IMG/VR virus record: IMGVR_UViG_3300050026_000393
Strand: one strand, 5' to 3'
Source: an uncultured virus (IMG/VR IMGVR_UViG_3300050026_000393)
Taxonomy: Duplodnaviria > Heunggongvirae > Uroviricota > Caudoviricetes
Length of the DNA stretch: 64,000 nt
Part shown: in pieces, positions 1 through 8,665 of the stretch
Layout of the letters: each line of letters opens with the position of its first letter
Position numbering within the stretch: the stretch's first letter is position 1
The notes under the pieces: generated by a model
The model's database searches: none
Seen by the model: the letters and a program-made list of their open reading frames with translations, nothing else
What the model was told of the DNA's origin: nothing
Position numbers and translations under genes: made by a program

Positions 1-256
1 GAGCCAACCCGACCCATGTTGATCTGCCCTGTTGCTTGGGCAGCAGCGACAGCTGCTTGCGCTGCTTCAGCCATCATTGCCATCAGTTCCGATTCCGTAA
101 GCGTTACCGTGTTTGCGGCGGGCGACGCCGAGCCAACCCGACCCATGTTGATCTGCCCTGTTGCTTGGGCAGCAGCGACAGCTGCTTGCGCTGCTTCAGC
201 CATCATTGCCATCAGTTCCGATTCCGTAAGCGTTACCGTGTTTGCGGCGGGCGACG
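1..256. repeat. Exact tandem direct repeat, period 129 bp (1-127 = 130-256)
   Basis: gagccaacccgacccatg...tttgcggcgggcgacg occurs twice; 129 is a multiple of 3, so the - strand frame is kept. Confidence 0.95.
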
Positions 257-344
257 ACGCTCTGCTGGCCTTCGAGCGCCATGCTACCTCGAAGCTGCTG
301 GCGCGAGTGACTCTGGAGACGGCGGCGGTCGTTGTGTTTGTCAT
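1..344 (-). CDS. GC-rich Ala-rich hypothetical protein with 43-aa duplication, runs off the left edge (not in the supplied ORF track)
   Basis: ATG at 344 on - strand preceded by AAGGAGG (350-356) at 5 nt; reads MTNTTTAAVSRVTRASSFEVAWRSKASRASSPAANTVTLTESELMAMMAEAAQAAVAAAQATGQINMGRVGS... with no stop before position 1. Confidence 0.8.
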   Translation of the reverse strand, partial: MTNTTTAAVSRVTRASSFEVAWRSKASRASSPAANTVTLTESELMAMMAEAAQAAVAAAQATGQINMGRVGSASPAANTVTLTESELMAMMAEAAQAAVAAAQATGQINMGRVG

Positions 345-709
345 GGTGTCCTCCTTGGACATACTACTTGGTTGTTGTTGGGTTCAGCCAGCGCTGTGTT
401 TGAATATACCCCACCCCGGCTCGTTCCCTTCACGAGATGGGTAGTATATTCTCTTATTACTACCAGGTGCATCTTTTCCCGGACAAAAAACACGTCTGGG
501 ATTCTCCCATCCCACCTTCTCTTTAGAAATCGTCCAACAAAAAAAAGAAAAAATCTTCCTCACACGTTAGAAATTTACTTACCTCTCTTTACTACTATTC
601 TCTCTTCTATTCTGGTATATAAATCTCTATGAAAAAAAAAACAAAAAAAAATCCTCTTACGTGTACGAAGCCTTCCCGGCTGTGTTCATTATTATGCTCT
701 TAATCTCCA

Positions 710-737
710 CATTGTGTTCATCTTTATGAACACAATG
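710..737. promoter_or_regulatory. 12-bp inverted repeat in the AT-rich divergent intergenic region
   Basis: cattgtgttcat-cttt-atgaacacaatg; extra tgtgttcat half-site at 681-689. Confidence 0.55.
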
Positions 738-814
738 CTTTTTAAATTTAAAACAAGGAAACTAAAAATCTCTTTATATATTTTCCACTAACAAATGATA
801 CTAGGTAGTAGCAT

Positions 815-1669
815 ATGAAATATCCTTTTGAAAAACCCTATATTCCAAGACTTCTTGCTCCAGAAAGAGTTGCCCAAATTTCTGGTCTGTCTGAAAAGGG
901 AATTGCCCATAAACTTCGTAGGACATTTACTGCCTTTGGTTCTCCTTGGCGAGGAATTGCCTCTGTATCTTCTGAGGTCATGTCTAAACTTACTGGAGGT
1001 CAACCTGGGGTACAGGGTTTAACTGTGCATCCTAAACTGCTAGAAAGGATCTCTTCTGAAGTAGATTTTCGTACACTTACAAAACTAAGAGAGTTACAAA
1101 GATGGTCTGCCAAGTCTGGTTATTTTCCTATATTAATAAACAAGGAGTTTAATCCTGGTTTTAAACGGGTATCGGAGGCCATTAGGCATGAACGTATTCA
1201 TCAAATTCATATGGCAGGTCGAGCACAACCTGAAAAATTTGCGGAGGAGATTTCTAGACAAGGGTCCTTCTCTAAGGCATTTACTACTGCCTGGGAATCA
1301 GAATATGGGAGAACCTCTTGGTGGAAAAAACTTTTAGGTAAGGACAAAGTTCCAGGGCACATAAAAAGTTATGAACGATACTGGTCAGAGTTATCTCCGG
1401 CAGCTAAAGAGTTTCATCGTGCTTCAGAGACCCTTGCTTATGGAAACCAAACCGACCGTAGTTTCTTTTCCAGAATGACTCAAAAGGGAATTGCAGATCC
1501 TCGTGTGCCTTTCAAAAGAAAGGCACAACTGGGATCTAAAACGGCCCTGGCCAAAACGGAGATAAAAGAGTTAAGAAAAGTTATGTCCTGTGGAGAAGGA
1601 TCTTCTATGGCGGGGACTGGTATGTTTAGATTACTAGCCCGGGGCGTAAGAAAGTTTCGTGGAGTTTGA
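815..1669 (+). CDS. Basic protein with zincin-like HExxH metallopeptidase motif
   Basis: AIRHERIHQIH (H125-E126-x-x-H129) and downstream SETLAY (E205) as possible third ligand. Confidence 0.6.
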   Translation: MKYPFEKPYIPRLLAPERVAQISGLSEKGIAHKLRRTFTAFGSPWRGIASVSSEVMSKLTGGQPGVQGLTVHPKLLERISSEVDFRTLTKLRELQRWSAKSGYFPILINKEFNPGFKRVSEAIRHERIHQIHMAGRAQPEKFAEEISRQGSFSKAFTTAWESEYGRTSWWKKLLGKDKVPGHIKSYERYWSELSPAAKEFHRASETLAYGNQTDRSFFSRMTQKGIADPRVPFKRKAQLGSKTALAKTEIKELRKVMSCGEGSSMAGTGMFRLLARGVRKFRGV

Positions 1670-1693
1670 TAGACAGTACCTATTCTGTATAAT
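1666..1693 (+). promoter_or_regulatory. Putative sigma70-like promoter
   Basis: TTGATA-16 nt-TATAAT upstream of ATG at 1713. Confidence 0.5.
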
Positions 1694-1712
1694 AAAGACC
1701 GAAACGAGTACT

Positions 1713-1937
1713 ATGACTATAAGACCTTTAACCCACAGACCTTCTGTTTGGCCGCCTAATTTACACATTTATCAAGTGTGTGTTTACCCAACCCCTTTGG
1801 GGGTTGCCAAACCCACTTCTTTCTTTATTGAATTAAATACACCTATATGGGATATCATAACTCCCACAAAATTTATTACCAAAGAAAACCCCGAACAGTC
1901 ATTAATCATAACGTACATTCCAAACTCTTCTTTATAA
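1713..1937 (+). CDS. Hypothetical protein
   Basis: ORF 1659..1937 trimmed to ATG 1713, downstream of the promoter-like element. Confidence 0.5.
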   Translation: MTIRPLTHRPSVWPPNLHIYQVCVYPTPLGVAKPTSFFIELNTPIWDIITPTKFITKENPEQSLIITYIPNSSL

Positions 1938-1947
1938 AGGATTTAAA

Positions 1948-2400
1948 TTGAGTCTTCTTGATAATCACTATTTAGCCACAGTATCTGTTACCGATGCTAA
2001 GATGCACGATAGTTCTTCTACGGTAACAAATACTTTTGACATTGCCGTTCTTGCGGCGAATAATACCGAAGCCATTTCTATAATTACAGCATTTTATTCT
2101 ACTTCGGGTTTTTCTGCAAAGACCGTAAATAATGTGCACACTCTTTTCCGCAGTACCAGTCCTAACACTCCGGGAGCAATCCGTCAGGTTAAAGTATTAT
2201 CCCTGTCTTTGATCACTCCTACAGGAGTTACTGATAATTCTACGGTGACAACCGAAACTCCTGAGGTTGCTGTACCTATTATTTCTTCTGACGAGGTTTC
2301 AACCTCTATCCCGCCTGCGAAATCTGTTCCAAGGTCACCGGGCCGAAAGAAAGTTCTACAGATAGACCCTCCCAGCACACAAGGCGAATCTTCAAATTAA
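1948..2400 (+). CDS. Hypothetical Ser/Thr-rich protein
   Basis: 150 aa ORF, TTG start with AAGGA upstream, followed by a hairpin. Confidence 0.7.
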   Translation: MSLLDNHYLATVSVTDAKMHDSSSTVTNTFDIAVLAANNTEAISIITAFYSTSGFSAKTVNNVHTLFRSTSPNTPGAIRQVKVLSLSLITPTGVTDNSTVTTETPEVAVPIISSDEVSTSIPPAKSVPRSPGRKKVLQIDPPSTQGESSN

Positions 2401-2405
2401 ACCCC

Positions 2406-2431
2406 AGGCCAGTTGGGAATCAACTGGCTTT
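2406..2431 (+). terminator. Putative intrinsic terminator
   Basis: aggccagttg-ggaat-caactggctt hairpin followed by T-rich sequence. Confidence 0.6.
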
Positions 2432-2482
2432 GGTATTTTGCGGAGTTGTGTCAAACTAATATAGTTAGTTAAGGAGAGATAA

Positions 2483-2827
2483 ATGCTTGTACAACCTATA
2501 AATAATTTTGTTATTGTAAAACTTGATCCATCAGATACTCGTGTTGGAAGTCTTTACACAGCAGCTGAACTTGATAATACTTATGAAATCCCTAAGCGGA
2601 CAGGAACTGTGATGGCAGTAGGTCGTGGTCTAATTACTGCTGGTGGTTGTTTAATTCCACCGCAGGTAAAGGCAGGGGATCGTGTTATTCTAATCGAAAA
2701 TGTGAATAAGATGAGTCGTGAACGTATTGTGAATGTTATTGATTTTAACGGAGAGAAGTGTGCGGTACTTCCCGATGAAAGTCCCATTATTGGTATAATC
2801 ACCAAAGAGGATTCCGTTCTTGTCTAA
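2483..2827 (+). CDS. groES: Co-chaperonin GroES (Cpn10) homolog
   Basis: QPINNFVIVK, GTVMAVGRG, PPQVKAGDRVI, IIGII match the Cpn10 pattern; AAGGAG RBS. Confidence 0.9.
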   Translation: MLVQPINNFVIVKLDPSDTRVGSLYTAAELDNTYEIPKRTGTVMAVGRGLITAGGCLIPPQVKAGDRVILIENVNKMSRERIVNVIDFNGEKCAVLPDESPIIGIITKEDSVLV

Positions 2828-3563
2828 GGTTAAAACATGGTCTCATGTAGACTTGGTAACTCGTGCAGAACGTTGGTTACGCAACACCCTCGGCTGTTCC
2901 GTGGTAGTCACGGAAACAGTCGGAGCTACAAAAGAAATTCCTGATGCACTAGGGTGGAAGTTTAAATCAGGAAGATCTCTCCTTGTAGAATGTAAGACGA
3001 GTCTTTCTGATTTCAGAGCAGACAAGAATAAACTTTGTAGGCTAGATGCTATAAATGCCTTGGGAGCTGAACGTTATTATTTTGCTCCAGAAGGAATTAT
3101 TCCTCATGAAGAAGTTCCTGAAAATTGGGGTTTAGTAGAGGTAAAAGGGGTTGGCGCTAAGATTGTTATCCTGGCGCGTCCCAGAAAAGATTTACGAACT
3201 GAACAAGGAAAAGCAAATGAGTTCAAACTCCTAGTCAGGTTATTATCACGTATTACTGATAGAGTAGCTCCTGTAACTCTTGACACTTGGTTAAAGTACG
3301 ACAACCGAACTAAGTCTTTAAATGAACTATATAACTGGGTGCCTAGTGAAGACCATAAGATTAACAATCTCATTTCTTCAGGATGGACTAAGGTTGTAAA
3401 GGTTCTGGATTTGCCTGTAGATCCTGTGACAGAAGAACCTTGGTGTCCTTTATGTTCTACTCCTTTTTCAGAATGCGATTGTCATGGGTTGGGTGAACAA
3501 AACTTGGAATATTGCGAAGCGGCTGGAGAAACTTGGGCTAAGAAAAAGGAATTAAATGGCTAG
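2820..3563 (+). CDS. MmcB-like PD-(D/E)xK nuclease with C-terminal Zn ribbon
   Basis: HVDLVTRAERWL...EIPDALGW...LVECKTSLSDFRADK...RYYFAP...WGL; CPLC...CDC at C-terminus. Confidence 0.75.
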   Translation: MSKVKTWSHVDLVTRAERWLRNTLGCSVVVTETVGATKEIPDALGWKFKSGRSLLVECKTSLSDFRADKNKLCRLDAINALGAERYYFAPEGIIPHEEVPENWGLVEVKGVGAKIVILARPRKDLRTEQGKANEFKLLVRLLSRITDRVAPVTLDTWLKYDNRTKSLNELYNWVPSEDHKINNLISSGWTKVVKVLDLPVDPVTEEPWCPLCSTPFSECDCHGLGEQNLEYCEAAGETWAKKKELNG

Positions 3564-3714
3564 GACTGTAATTAATATTTCGAAACTAAATCTCTATGAT
3601 ACTGAAGAACTAGATAAAGAGTTTGAACAAGACGAAATACGTCGATTGAAGAAATTAGGTCTTTTCCGGCCTGAGGTAGAAAAAGATGGCAAAGTTAAAG
3701 ATAGACAAGGCTAA
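3556..3714 (+). CDS. Small charged hypothetical protein (52 aa)
   Basis: MARTVINISKLNLYDTEELDKEFEQDEIRRLKKLG...; AAGGA RBS; fills the gap between neighbours. Confidence 0.6.
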   Translation: MARTVINISKLNLYDTEELDKEFEQDEIRRLKKLGLFRPEVEKDGKVKDRQG

Positions 3715-3973
3715 ACTTCGACGATTGTTCTTAGCCTTTAAAGAACCTGAGATTGAAGAGGATCTTATAAAGGCTTTAAAATATACCATAGAGTTTACTA
3801 CAGGAGATGTTCTTTATGCAGAAGGAGAACATGCTGATGTTCTCCTTCGTTATCTAGAAGAATGTCAACATGTAGCTAGTTCTAATTGCCTAGCTCTTTA
3901 TACAGGTCCCGGATTAAAAAAGTATACTGCAGAAGAGTGGAAAGAATTTAATAATAAGAAAGTTGATGTATAA
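3686..3973 (+). CDS. Hypothetical protein
   Basis: 95 aa ORF, GAGGT RBS. Confidence 0.7.
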   Translation: MAKLKIDKAKLRRLFLAFKEPEIEEDLIKALKYTIEFTTGDVLYAEGEHADVLLRYLEECQHVASSNCLALYTGPGLKKYTAEEWKEFNNKKVDV

Positions 3974-4302
3974 TGGGGGAGTCTTCAGCTATTTGGTCTA
4001 AGTTATTTACTACCGAAGAAAACACTGAGACGGCAACAATTATATGGGAAATTAGTTTTTCTGGTTGGATTTCTTTAAGTTCAATAGAGGATGATACAGA
4101 ACTTTTAGAAGAACTAAAAGACGGTATTGAGGGAGACAAGGTCTTTCTAGATGATTGTCTTTCTGTTTTATCGGGAGAAGACGCGTTTGTTGCTGTAAAT
4201 AAAGTAAAGGATTTTGTGGAGTCTGAGGATTCTGGTGATTATCCTAAATTACGCGATTTCAAGTTAACAGGGGTTGAATTATTAGCCCGAGCGGAGCTTT
4301 AA
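3973..4302 (+). CDS. Acidic hypothetical protein
   Basis: 109 aa, TAATG coupling to upstream gene. Confidence 0.7.
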   Translation: MGESSAIWSKLFTTEENTETATIIWEISFSGWISLSSIEDDTELLEELKDGIEGDKVFLDDCLSVLSGEDAFVAVNKVKDFVESEDSGDYPKLRDFKLTGVELLARAEL

Positions 4303-4304
4303 AA

Positions 4305-4631
4305 ATGGAAGAACTCATTAAACCTTTAATTACATCTACACCAGATGTACTGATTTATTGTGCAAATTGTTATGACACCGAATCTCCTGAATACCGTTTA
4401 AGGCGTAAATCAGGTAAGTACTTGCTTCTTTGTTTTAAAAACGGAGAGGGTTGTTGGGAACGTTCGCCTAAACCTATTTGTTCTTTTAAAGACAATTATG
4501 GAATACAATGCACAAATCAAGCAGAATGGGAAATTGCTTATGGGGACAATCAGACAAAAACACAGCGATGTGTAATACATGTAGGTCAGGCCCTTTCTGA
4601 TGTTGATGAACATCGAATTTATGCGGTATAA
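4305..4631 (+). CDS. Cys-rich putative Zn-binding protein
   Basis: CANC, C-x6-C, C...C...CxxH; GGAG RBS. Confidence 0.7.
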   Translation: MEELIKPLITSTPDVLIYCANCYDTESPEYRLRRKSGKYLLLCFKNGEGCWERSPKPICSFKDNYGIQCTNQAEWEIAYGDNQTKTQRCVIHVGQALSDVDEHRIYAV

Positions 4632-4648
4632 ATTAAAAACGGAGTATT

Positions 4649-4930
4649 ATGTTAAAAGTTATTTCTAAAGGAACTATCGCCATTTCTGAAAGAGACCATA
4701 AAGGTCTTATTACGGAAGAACGTGCAGTTCCTATGAAGGATATTAAAGGCAATATGTTATTAGTCTGGAAGGGGTATTGCCTAGCTCCTTCTAAAATAGG
4801 AAGACCTTGGTATTCTGTAAACCCTAAGTTTATACAACAAACGACAGAAAAACAATATGATGTTATGTTAAGCATGATAGAAAAGTTTAATATAAAAAGA
4901 CAGGTTGATAATAAATGTCCTCTGAAATAA
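4649..4930 (+). CDS. Hypothetical protein
   Basis: 93 aa ORF, GGAG RBS. Confidence 0.65.
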   Translation: MLKVISKGTIAISERDHKGLITEERAVPMKDIKGNMLLVWKGYCLAPSKIGRPWYSVNPKFIQQTTEKQYDVMLSMIEKFNIKRQVDNKCPLK

Positions 4931-5616
4931 CACCTGTAAATAGGATTGCATTTTCTGCTCCCCGATCCTCAAACTCAATGGTAGTTGAGGTTGAGGATTT
5001 AGGACTTACGTGTGAAGAGATCGAGGAAACAAAAGCATACCAACTCACGTTAAACATTCTAGGTCCTGCGAGTGGTGCTTGTTTGATATGTCCTGGAAAC
5101 CAAGAAAGAGTTGCTGAAGACAAAAAATGTCCTTACTCCTCTAAATGTCCTTTACTAAGAGTAAGGAAAGCGCCTGTCGGTAAATTATGCCCGATAGAAC
5201 GTAAAGAGATTGAAAACCGCTTTAGTGGTTGGTGTCAAGAATTTGGTGAAGATCCGCTGTCCCTGACAGAATCAACTAGAGTTGCTGTTTCAGATTTAAC
5301 ATGGATAGATATTCAGATTCAAAGATGTAACCATATTCTAGATAAAGGTGATGCCTCCAGGTTAACAATAGATAATGTTAGTCACATAAATCAAGAAGAT
5401 TGGTCCCCTATCGCATGGGAAAAAGTTTTACATCCTATTACAATGTTACTGACGAGTCTTCAGTCCCAACGGCGAATAATTATGAAAGATTGGATGATAA
5501 CCCCAGAACAAAAATGGAAGAAGTCTAAAGCAGAGCACACAAGTAAAGGTATGGACCTTACAAGTACTCAGTCAAAAAAGGCCGACCACTTTAAATCTCT
5601 TTCTATAGGATTATAA
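4915..5616 (+). CDS. Cys-rich protein, possible terminase small subunit
   Basis: CLICPG...CPYSSKCPL...CPIE then helical region ending in basic ITPEQKWKK; upstream of TerL; the function is an inference. Confidence 0.45.
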   Translation: MSSEITPVNRIAFSAPRSSNSMVVEVEDLGLTCEEIEETKAYQLTLNILGPASGACLICPGNQERVAEDKKCPYSSKCPLLRVRKAPVGKLCPIERKEIENRFSGWCQEFGEDPLSLTESTRVAVSDLTWIDIQIQRCNHILDKGDASRLTIDNVSHINQEDWSPIAWEKVLHPITMLLTSLQSQRRIIMKDWMITPEQKWKKSKAEHTSKGMDLTSTQSKKADHFKSLSIGL

Positions 5617-5632
5617 ATAAACTTTTGCTTTG

Positions 5633-5661
5633 TTTACAAAACCCATAAACAGTATTATAAC
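5633..5661 (+). promoter_or_regulatory. Putative sigma70-like promoter
   Basis: TTTACA-17 nt-TATAAC upstream of ORF 5700, followed by an (AAAT)n run. Confidence 0.4.
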
Positions 5662-5699
5662 CAATAATAAATAAATAAATAAATAAATAATAGGAAAAT

Positions 5700-7151
5700 A
5701 TGACAGAGTTGAAATCAAAAGCGGGTCGTCCTGTAATTAAAGTTACTGCTGAAGAAATCCTAGCAGAGTTAGATCTTGACAGAACTCACGAACAGGTTGC
5801 TAAAAAGTTTGGAGTATCTGTAGACACTATTGACCGACGGATTAAAAAGTATAAAGAAGATATGTTAAAGAAAACACCTAAGAAAACAGTGTCCAAAAAA
5901 GAGAATCCTGATGGAGTTTCCAACGTATTTATTATCGACAAGAAGAACTATTGTTATAATAGGCAGACGGACACATATCTAACTACTATTAAAGGTCTAT
6001 CAGAACCTATAGAGACTAGTGGTATCCAGCATCGAGGGATTATTAGGGCATATTCAGAAGTAAATGGTAATCCTTCTACCATAAATCAATTAGTACAGTC
6101 TTTTAACATTCCCCGTGATTTTCTTACACAATATCTTAAGATTCATGACATTACACACGAAGGCCCCCCATTTTCTGCCGAAGAATTAAAGTCTAAATCA
6201 GTTGCCGAAATAGCGGCTGATTTTAGTGATATGAAACGTCAGGAACTCATAGCAACCATTTCTGAGCGTAGTTTGAAAGAGACTAAAAAGTCCGCAGACA
6301 AATGGGATGAGTTTGACGAAACCATAAATCGTGTTACAGAAGACTGGGCCGATAAGTTTTCTTCCTCGTACACTCCCAGACTACTAACACTGCCGAAAAC
6401 GCGCAATAAATTTTCTATAGTATTATTTCCAACAGACCTTCATTTTGGAAAAGCTACAGTAGACGAAAACTACAATATAGACGAGCTATTACTTCTTCAC
6501 ACACAAAAACTTATTACCAGTGTATCTTTATATGGCCGTCCAGAACAAATATACATTCCAGTTGGCAGTGACTGGTTTAATTGTGATAATCCTGCGGGAC
6601 AAACAACAGGAGGAACTCCTCAAGAGATAACAACGTCTCCTGGGAAAATACTAGTTGAAGGTTTGGAATTAAAAGTAAAATTCGTAGATCTCCTTAGGCA
6701 AGTAGCTCCTGTAACTTTGATTCTCTGTAAGGGAAATCACGATGAACATAGTTCTATTGCCTTACTTAAATACCTACAAGCCTGGTATAGACAGTGTAAA
6801 GATGTTACGGTGATAGAAAGTCTTAGACCTAGAAATTATATTCAAGTACATAGTACCTTATTAGGTATTACCCATGGAGAAGATATTAAGGTAGGACAAC
6901 TTCCTTTGTTAATGGCTCAAGAAGCAAGAATCTTATGGGGAAAGACCAGGTTTTCGCTGTGGGTTACCGGTCATAGACATCAATTGCAATTGCAAGATCA
7001 AAGTGGAGTTATGACTTTTCAAGGATCGTCTCTAAATTCTGCAGACACATGGCACGACGAACACGGTTATACCATTTCACGTAGAGAGCTTTCTGCGGTA
7101 ATTATTGACTCAGAAGATGGTCCCGTAAATTACATTACCTCCCCGGTTTAA
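5700..7151 (+). CDS. HTH domain + calcineurin-like metallophosphoesterase
   Basis: N-terminal THEQVAKKFGVSVDTIDRRI; motifs TDLHFG, GSDWFN, GNHD, THGE, GHRH. Confidence 0.85.
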   Translation: MTELKSKAGRPVIKVTAEEILAELDLDRTHEQVAKKFGVSVDTIDRRIKKYKEDMLKKTPKKTVSKKENPDGVSNVFIIDKKNYCYNRQTDTYLTTIKGLSEPIETSGIQHRGIIRAYSEVNGNPSTINQLVQSFNIPRDFLTQYLKIHDITHEGPPFSAEELKSKSVAEIAADFSDMKRQELIATISERSLKETKKSADKWDEFDETINRVTEDWADKFSSSYTPRLLTLPKTRNKFSIVLFPTDLHFGKATVDENYNIDELLLLHTQKLITSVSLYGRPEQIYIPVGSDWFNCDNPAGQTTGGTPQEITTSPGKILVEGLELKVKFVDLLRQVAPVTLILCKGNHDEHSSIALLKYLQAWYRQCKDVTVIESLRPRNYIQVHSTLLGITHGEDIKVGQLPLLMAQEARILWGKTRFSLWVTGHRHQLQLQDQSGVMTFQGSSLNSADTWHDEHGYTISRRELSAVIIDSEDGPVNYITSPV

Positions 7152-7160
7152 GGATTAAAA

Positions 7161-7586
7161 ATGGCACCTTATATACATATTCCTAAGAAACAACAGCAGA
7201 GGTTTATAACCTCTGCTGTGTCTGCCTATGAAAAAGATTTAGAGTATATGGAAATGTTTTCCTATGAAGAAATAAAAGGAGAATTTTATATCCGAGAATT
7301 CTTTATACTCGCGTTTGCTGAACAGACCTCAACGAGTATTTCTTTTTATTTAAAAGAATATCGGCGGGTAAAGAAACAAATATTAAGTTCAGGAAGAAAA
7401 GTAGGATGTATTCATACCCATTTAGACTATGAAGAAGCAGTACCTTCACTTGCCGATTGGAAAGGAACTGGCGCTTGTGACGAAGGTTTAATGGGTATAT
7501 GTAGTTTATGGTCGGCTGGAAATAAAATAAAATCTTCTATTAACTACTGGATTCCAGAATTACCTTGTAAGAAAATTTACAATTAA
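7161..7586 (+). CDS. JAB/MPN (JAMM) metallo-isopeptidase domain protein
   Basis: VGCIHTHLDYEEAVPSLADW = H85-x-H87...S96-x-x-D99; candidate catalytic Glu around residue 28. Confidence 0.75.
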   Translation: MAPYIHIPKKQQQRFITSAVSAYEKDLEYMEMFSYEEIKGEFYIREFFILAFAEQTSTSISFYLKEYRRVKKQILSSGRKVGCIHTHLDYEEAVPSLADWKGTGACDEGLMGICSLWSAGNKIKSSINYWIPELPCKKIYN

Positions 7587-7626
7587 CCTATACTAGATAG
7601 AGATAAAGTTGTTTATGAGGTGTATT

Positions 7627-8115
7627 ATGAATGAACCCATAGGTTGGGTGAAAAGTGTTCTAAAACAAGGTTTTTCTGCACAGACAATGGAAGCTACTAA
7701 GGATACCGCAAAAGGACTTTTAGCGGCCAGCAAGGAGATAATGTCAGATGCCTTCTTAAAAAGTAGTAATATTAATAGGAACATACAGTTTGGAGCAGGT
7801 ATGGCCGCAGGTGCTGCCTATAGTTATTCTTCTGGTGACCGCCATCTCGGTAGAGATATGGGTTTAGGAGTTCTTGGCGTTGCGGGTATTAGAGGATATG
7901 GTGCTGCCCGCAAAAATGCATCGGCGGTTTGGAAAAGCGCAAAAGCGGTGGGATCAGGGATTCGAAATGATTCTGCAGAGATTAAGAACTCAGTTATGGA
8001 TGCTACTGCAGATATTAGATCTCAGATCAAGGGTGTATATAACAACTTATGGAGTGATACTCGTACTCCCCTTATAAATGGAGTTCCAAGCGGAAGTATA
8101 CCCGGAGCCTCTTAA
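7627..8115 (+). CDS. Gly/Ala-rich membrane-interacting protein, possible internal/ejected virion protein
   Basis: FGAGMAAGAAY, MGLGVLGVAGI glycine-zipper segments; GAGGTG RBS before ATG 7627. Confidence 0.65.
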   Translation: MNEPIGWVKSVLKQGFSAQTMEATKDTAKGLLAASKEIMSDAFLKSSNINRNIQFGAGMAAGAAYSYSSGDRHLGRDMGLGVLGVAGIRGYGAARKNASAVWKSAKAVGSGIRNDSAEIKNSVMDATADIRSQIKGVYNNLWSDTRTPLINGVPSGSIPGAS

Positions 8116-8117
8116 TT

Positions 8118-8654
8118 ATGCCTTCTCTTATTTCAGAACCTTCTAAATTTCTAGCCAGTAAGAAATTCCTTCTTGCGGGTCTTGGACTCGTGGGTATTGG
8201 TGCTGCCTCAGGCACACATCATTTTAAGACCTCTGGGGATAAAGATGAACGCTTAGAGAAAGCAGCGAGTATAGGGGCTTCTAGTGCCTTGTGGGCAGGA
8301 GCGGCAGCAGGTGTGGGCCTTGCTGGTTACAGGTCAGGGGCATTTTCTGCTGCTGGAAAATTAGGAACCTATATGGCTAAAAAAGCAAGTCCTAAGGTCT
8401 CTTCGTTTGCAGCAAACTTAACCAAAGCAAAAATGACACGCGGTGCAAAAATAGCAGCAGGTGTTGGAGTCGCTGGAGTCTTAGTCGCTGCAGGGGGTTA
8501 TGTAGTTGCTAATCGCCCTAAAGGAGAATCACAAGACGATACGTCCTATCCTGACGGGGCTGGGGGTTTCCAAGTAGAATCTGGGCTTAAATCAAGAATG
8601 AACGCTATGAATGCTGGTGGAGATCTGGTTTTTGGTTTACATAATCGACGGTAG
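8118..8654 (+). CDS. Gly/Ala-rich membrane-interacting protein, possible internal/ejected virion protein
   Basis: Three hydrophobic GxxxG segments; C-terminus GDLVFGLHNRR. Confidence 0.65.
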   Translation: MPSLISEPSKFLASKKFLLAGLGLVGIGAASGTHHFKTSGDKDERLEKAASIGASSALWAGAAAGVGLAGYRSGAFSAAGKLGTYMAKKASPKVSSFAANLTKAKMTRGAKIAAGVGVAGVLVAAGGYVVANRPKGESQDDTSYPDGAGGFQVESGLKSRMNAMNAGGDLVFGLHNRR

Positions 8655-8665
8655 AAAGTTTTGTA

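Noticed and set aside
1..256. Possible CRISPR array or terminal repeat
   Set aside because: Two adjacent long copies without spacers, in frame within a gene
16..632. + strand ORFs 16..444 and 36..632
   Set aside because: Shadows of the - strand gene that has the strong RBS; no RBS and implausible composition
5663..5692. (AAAT)n run as a phase-variation switch
   Set aside because: Short AT-rich run in a leader; no evidence of length variation from one sequence
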